Position numbers and translations under genes: made by a program | In this document: in pieces, positions 54,472 through 58,329 of the stretch | How positions within the stretch are numbered: position 1 is the first letter of the stretch | Layout: every line of letters starts with the position of its first letter | DNA from: a virus | Lineage: Duplodnaviria > Caudoviricetes | Virus record (IMG/VR): IMGVR_UViG_3300033997_000384 | Coordinates: 1-58,329 of that record | Reading direction: 5' to 3' (one strand) | DNA length: 58,329 nucleotides | Notes under the pieces: generated by a model | What the model was told of the DNA's origin: nothing | The model's input: only the letters and a program-made list of their open reading frames with translations | The model's database searches: none

Positions 54472-55062
54472 TCAGCCGTAGTAATTTAAGAACTCAACGC
54501 GGGAAATTTCAGATGCAACAACAAGTACACCTGCGCTCTCCTTAACTGCTCGCTGTAGAACTCCGTTTTCTACCAACCATACTTCTTCCAAATAAATCTG
54601 TTCTTCTGCAGGCGCACTTGAGGCAAAGGATTTAGAACTAAATTTCCCCCCAATCTGCTCGCCATTTTTCAAATATACGATTACCCAATACTGCTTTCGC
54701 TGTTGGAAAACGAAGTCCCATGGCTTAGCTACAGGGTGCGGCGCATTCTTTTGGAATATTTCCCATGTGCGCATCCAGCTCCAAAGCAAAACCCAGCCTA
54801 TTGGGGCAACAAACAGAACAAAAATATAAAAGAGGAAATAGAGACCGGGATGCACATCGTGAAGACGCCCATCCTCAACAGCCAGTATTAGCCAGAGAAG
54901 CAACGCATAGTTGATGCAACTATATGCAACAGCATCAACAAGCTGATCAGCAGCATTGCGCAGCACCCCAGGGTAAAGCAGCTGATAGAACTTCAAACTT
55001 ATGAAGCCCGGAATAACAAACGCTATAAAAAGAACCAGCTTATCTGCTTCCCAGATGTCCAT
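54472..55062 (-). CDS. DUF6338-like membrane protein (low-GC moron)
   Basis: Three TM N-half with PGF, PWD.VF, WV.V.LKNG..IGG, FAS..IYLEE. Confidence 0.75.
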   Translation of the reverse strand: MDIWEADKLVLFIAFVIPGFISLKFYQLLYPGVLRNAADQLVDAVAYSCINYALLLWLILAVEDGRLHDVHPGLYFLFYIFVLFVAPIGWVLLWSWMRTWEIFQKNAPHPVAKPWDFVFQQRKQYWVIVYLKNGEQIGGKFSSKSFASSAPAEEQIYLEEVWLVENGVLQRAVKESAGVLVVASEISRVEFLNYYG

Positions 55063-55164
55063 ATCTTCCCCTAAGCAAATGGCACGACATCAGTCTGCCA
55101 CCACATCCTTTTAAGCGCCATCACCCGACTAGCCGCCGGCGCCGCCCGGCGGTAAGGATTCCCT

Positions 55165-55851
55165 ATGTCCGATAATCCGCAAATCCACGTATGCCCCGAC
55201 TGCTTCTACGGCTGGAGCCATGGCCAGGACGGCAGCCATAGCTGCGTGCAGCGCCTGAAGGCCCGTATCTCGCTGCTGGCCGCCGCCCTTCGGGAGAACC
55301 ACGAGTGGCACCAGCAGCACGACGAGCACGGCGGCTATCCCGACTCGGCGCTGGAGGTCGCCAATACCAATGCCTTGATCGGCGCAGCCGCGGAGTGGCG
55401 CCTGCCCTGCGCTGTGCGCTTGCCTGGCGGTATGACTATCGGCAAGGGCTGCAGCCTCAACACCCTGCTGCTGGCATTGCGCCGGCGCGAAGGTGGCCAG
55501 CCGTGGCAGGTCAGCTTCGACGAGCCGATCCCGGCTGACCCGAGCCTGCACGAAGTGCTGGCAAACCTGCTGCCGCTGCCCCAAGCCCGACACTGGAACG
55601 GCATGGGCAAGCTCCCACCGGCCGGCTCCTGCTGCGAAGCGCTGCTGCCCCACCACACCGCGACTGGCCGCCAGATGATCTGGAGCGAGGTGCAGGTAAT
55701 CGCCCACGACGAGCACCAGGGCGAGACGCACAGTTGGGTAAGGGAAGCCGGCACCAGCGGCGGCTACTACGCCCCGATGCCGCTGCAGTTCCGCGTGATC
55801 GAGAAGCAGCAGCCCCTGGGCGTCGACAGCGAGGGTGGCAGCCATGACTGA
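55165..55851 (+). CDS. Hypothetical mosaic early protein
   Basis: 228 aa; LPCAVRLPGGMTIGKGC.L.TLL and W.G..LPP.G motifs common in phage early genes. Confidence 0.65.
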   Translation: MSDNPQIHVCPDCFYGWSHGQDGSHSCVQRLKARISLLAAALRENHEWHQQHDEHGGYPDSALEVANTNALIGAAAEWRLPCAVRLPGGMTIGKGCSLNTLLLALRRREGGQPWQVSFDEPIPADPSLHEVLANLLPLPQARHWNGMGKLPPAGSCCEALLPHHTATGRQMIWSEVQVIAHDEHQGETHSWVREAGTSGGYYAPMPLQFRVIEKQQPLGVDSEGGSHD

Positions 55852-56455
55852 GCGCCCCATCCTGTTCAGCGGCGCCATGGTGCGCGCCATCCTCGAAGGC
55901 CGGAAGACGGTGACCCGGAGGCCGGTGAAAGCGACCAAGGCACATGCCGACGGCTTCATCATGCTGGACCACGGCCAGGGCTGGAGGCCATACAACGCCT
56001 TCGGCGACTTCACCTCCGACAGCGAGGGGATGGAGTACCCGATCGCCTGTCCCTACGGGCAGCAAGGCGACCGACTGTGGGTGCGCGAGGCCTGGGCAGA
56101 GACCTATGTGGCCCAGGCCCCTGGGGAGAAGTGGGTCGTGTACCGCGAGTGCGACAACCGCACCGACTACGGCGGCCCATGGAAGCCAAGCATCCACATG
56201 CGCCGACGCGACAGCCGCATCCTGCTGGAGATCACCGCCGTGCGCGTCGAGCGCCTGCAGGACATCACGCGCAGCGACATTCGCGCCGAAGGCCTGGTGT
56301 GCCCTCCAGAGCTGCGCAGCGACGATGTCTCACCGAACTACCGCGACTGGTATCCGGCGGCATGGCGAGAACTTTGGGAGTCGATCAACGGCGCCGAGTC
56401 CTGGACAGCCAACCCATGGGTCTGGGTGGTCGAGTTCAAGCGGGTGACGCCATGA
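55844..56455 (+). CDS. ASCH/PUA-like phage protein
   Basis: MVRAILEGRKTVTRR, CPYG..GDRLWVRE, W.PSIHM, NPWVWVVEF. Confidence 0.8.
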   Translation: MTERPILFSGAMVRAILEGRKTVTRRPVKATKAHADGFIMLDHGQGWRPYNAFGDFTSDSEGMEYPIACPYGQQGDRLWVREAWAETYVAQAPGEKWVVYRECDNRTDYGGPWKPSIHMRRRDSRILLEITAVRVERLQDITRSDIRAEGLVCPPELRSDDVSPNYRDWYPAAWRELWESINGAESWTANPWVWVVEFKRVTP

Positions 56456-56556
56456 ACGCCCCGACATACTGCCGCACGACCGGCGACCGAATCGGGCGCT
56501 GCACCTGCCTTCGGTGCAATCCGCCCGCTCCACCTGAGCCACCAGCTGGGCCCTAA
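56452..56556 (+). CDS. 34-aa Cys-rich peptide
   Basis: ATGA-coupled; YCRTTG..IGRCTCLRC. Confidence 0.5.
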   Translation: MNAPTYCRTTGDRIGRCTCLRCNPPAPPEPPAGP

Positions 56557-56624
56557 CCGGGCCTCGCAGTCCACCTTCCCCACCGCCAACATTCACTGCC
56601 GGCCGAGCCGGCGGAGGTGCCCTT

Positions 56625-56960
56625 ATGTCTGCAGTAGAGACCGTGCAACCTCTGGACAAACTGTCCGAGAAGCAAATGGCCGAGCGCCTCGGCACGACCG
56701 CCCGAGCCCTCGAAGCCCGCCGCTCCCGGGGCCAAATACCCGAAGGGGTCTGGCGAAAGATCGGCAGCCGCATTTGGTACAGCGTCAGGAGATACGACGA
56801 TTGGCAAGAAAGCCTATGGGCCTCCCCCGAGGCGTTGAATTACGGGGCGACACCCTGCGTATCCGTTTCAACTGGAACGGCAAGCGCTGCTCAGAAACCC
56901 TCGTCTACCCCGCGACGCAAACGGGCATCGCAAACGCCGCCCGTCTACGCGATCAGGTAG
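56625..56960 (+). CDS. xis: Excisionase-like HTH protein overlapping int
   Basis: SEKQMAERLG..ALE.RR.RGQIPEGVW..RIWYS; GGAGG RBS. Confidence 0.7.
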   Translation: MSAVETVQPLDKLSEKQMAERLGTTARALEARRSRGQIPEGVWRKIGSRIWYSVRRYDDWQESLWASPEALNYGATPCVSVSTGTASAAQKPSSTPRRKRASQTPPVYAIR

Positions 56961-57988
56961 TCCAGATGATCAAGCTCGGGGTCTTCAACGAACTGAAGTA
57001 CTCCGAGCTGTTCCCCAATTCCCCCAACGCAATATCGAGCGTCTCCCGCGGGTTTGGTCAGTATGCCCAGGTCTGGCTCGACAGCCGATCCATCTCCGAG
57101 GGTACCCGCGACAACTATGTCTCCGTGCTCAACGTCTGGTGGATGCCCTACCTGGCGACGACGCCGCTTCAGAGCATGACGCAGGCCTTCATGCGCGAGC
57201 TGGTCGTCCAGATTCCCTGGACGTCGGACGGCGTGAAGGCCAATGCGATGTCGAAGCTGAGCACCATCCTGGACTCGGCGCTCGCAGACGGCCTGATCAC
57301 AGCGAACCCCATGGAGGGCCTGGACATTCCGGAGCGCACAGAGGCCAAGGTCGACCCGTTCACCCAGGCCGAAGCCGACCAGATCATCGCCAAGCTGTAC
57401 ACCACCGAGCACTGGCCGAGCCAGATATACGCCGCGTTCTTCGAGTTCGCTTTCTACTCAGGCATGCGCCTCGGTGAAATAGCGGCGCTGCGCTGGGAAG
57501 AGGTCAATTTCGAGAAACGGATGGTGCACGTCTGTCGGACTGTCGCGAAGAAGCAGGTTATGGAGCGCACCAAGACCAAGAAGAATCGATACGTGCTGCT
57601 AAATGACCGTGCACTGCACGCGCTGCAGGTCGCCAAGGCCTATGTAGAGCGGCGCGCCAGGGGAAAAGGCAGAGTGACCGAGTTCCCCTACTGCTTCCCC
57701 CCGAGCAAGGGTGCGGCGTTCATCCAGCAGACGAGTGACCTGCACCATCAGTGGCGACCGACCCTCAAGGCGCTGGGTATTCGCTACCGACCCCCGTACA
57801 ATGCGCGCCACACCTACGCAACCATGTGTCTGATGGCTGGCATGATGCCCGCATTCATCGCCAAGCAGCTCGGCCATTCGATTCAGATTCTGCTGACTCG
57901 ATACGCGCGCTGGCTGGATGGAGCAAGCGACTGGGCAGAGATGGAAAAACTAACTTTTGCCCCAAAAGTGCCCCAGACCGAAACGTAA
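56801..57988 (+). CDS. int: Tyrosine integrase with N-terminal arm-binding domain (start TTG 56801 or ATG 56816)
   Basis: GMRLGE, TKT, YNARHT, LGHS, RYARW catalytic motifs; next to attR. Confidence 0.95.
   Translation: MARKPMGLPRGVELRGDTLRIRFNWNGKRCSETLVYPATQTGIANAARLRDQVVQMIKLGVFNELKYSELFPNSPNAISSVSRGFGQYAQVWLDSRSISEGTRDNYVSVLNVWWMPYLATTPLQSMTQAFMRELVVQIPWTSDGVKANAMSKLSTILDSALADGLITANPMEGLDIPERTEAKVDPFTQAEADQIIAKLYTTEHWPSQIYAAFFEFAFYSGMRLGEIAALRWEEVNFEKRMVHVCRTVAKKQVMERTKTKKNRYVLLNDRALHALQVAKAYVERRARGKGRVTEFPYCFPPSKGAAFIQQTSDLHHQWRPTLKALGIRYRPPYNARHTYATMCLMAGMMPAFIAKQLGHSIQILLTRYARWLDGASDWAEMEKLTFAPKVPQTET
57958..57976 (+). repeat. Putative integrase arm-type sites (two TGCCCCA repeats)
   Basis: TGCCCCAAAAGTGCCCCAG in the int 3' end; matches 1252-1279. 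Confidence 0.65.
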
Positions 57989-58016
57989 ACCTTTGAAACC
58001 CGCGAGATAGAGCCTC

Positions 58017-58329
58017 TTGATTTCCACCGCTAATATCACCATGCAGTTCGGTGCCAAGCCGCTGTTCGAGAATGTTTCCGTCAAATTCAACAACGGCAAC
58101 CGCTATGGCCTGATCGGCGCCAACGGCTGCGGCAAGTCGACCTTCATGAAAATCCTCGGCGGCGATCTGGAGCCTTCCGGCGGCCAGGTGATGCTGGAGC
58201 CGAACGTGCGCCTGGGCAAGCTGCGCCAGGACCAGTTCGCCTATGAAGAATTCACCGTGATCGACACCGTGATCATGGGCCACGAGGAGCTGTACAAGGT
58301 CAAGGCCGAGCGCGACCGCATCTACTCGC
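58017..58329 (+). CDS. ybiT: Host ABC-F family ATPase (YbiT-like), 5' end supplied by phage; 3'-truncated by window
   Basis: [47 protein letters not shown]. Confidence 0.9.
   Translation, partial: MISTANITMQFGAKPLFENVSVKFNNGNRYGLIGANGCGKSTFMKILGGDLEPSGGQVMLEPNVRLGKLRQDQFAYEEFTVIDTVIMGHEELYKVKAERDRIYS
58035..58048 (+). repeat. attR core ATCACCATGCAGTT
   Basis: Identical to 1149-1162. Confidence 0.9.

Larger units (their letters stand above)
1149..58048. mobile_element. Integrated temperate prophage, podovirus-like gene set, ~56.9 kb
   Basis: 14-bp direct repeat at both ends, integrase next to right end, cI/cro, terminase, portal, capsid, lysis and ejection genes, no tape-measure or sheath gene. 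Confidence 0.95.

Noticed and set aside
56801-56960. Long xis/int overlap (also the O/P overlap 37422-37540)
   Set aside because: Common arrangement in temperate phages; overlapping tails are low-complexity

Overview
High-GC, Pseudomonas-like DNA. Almost the whole window (about 1149-58048, ~56.9 kb) is an apparently intact temperate podovirus-type prophage. It is integrated in the first codons of a host ABC-F ATPase gene (ybiT-like), which is rebuilt at attR from a synonymously recoded phage copy of its 5' end. Host flanks are a partial sphingomyelinase-like gene (left) and the ABC-F gene (right). The minus strand carries cro, replication genes, RusA, a Q-like gene, lysis genes, terminase, portal, capsid, tail and ejection genes, ending in a 3043-aa polyvalent protein. 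The plus strand carries cI and an early operon: terB, csrA/rsmA, tRNA-Thr, recombination genes, a DNA-modification cluster, xis and int. The most notable signals are: (1) two +1-frame ORFs overprinted inside the giant protein gene, with host-like codon bias in the hidden frame; (2) a TGT/DpdA-like gene coupled to a miniature QueF-like T-fold gene between two methyltransferase genes; (3) several structured non-coding RNA candidates, including a possible double pseudoknot, a 3' module shared by two of them, and a covarying hairpin pair; (4) low-GC morons (DUF6338-like membrane protein plus GxQP-repeat peptide, HNH, YfbU) and an Ibs-like 18-aa peptide. All family calls are motif recognition by eye; no searches were run.
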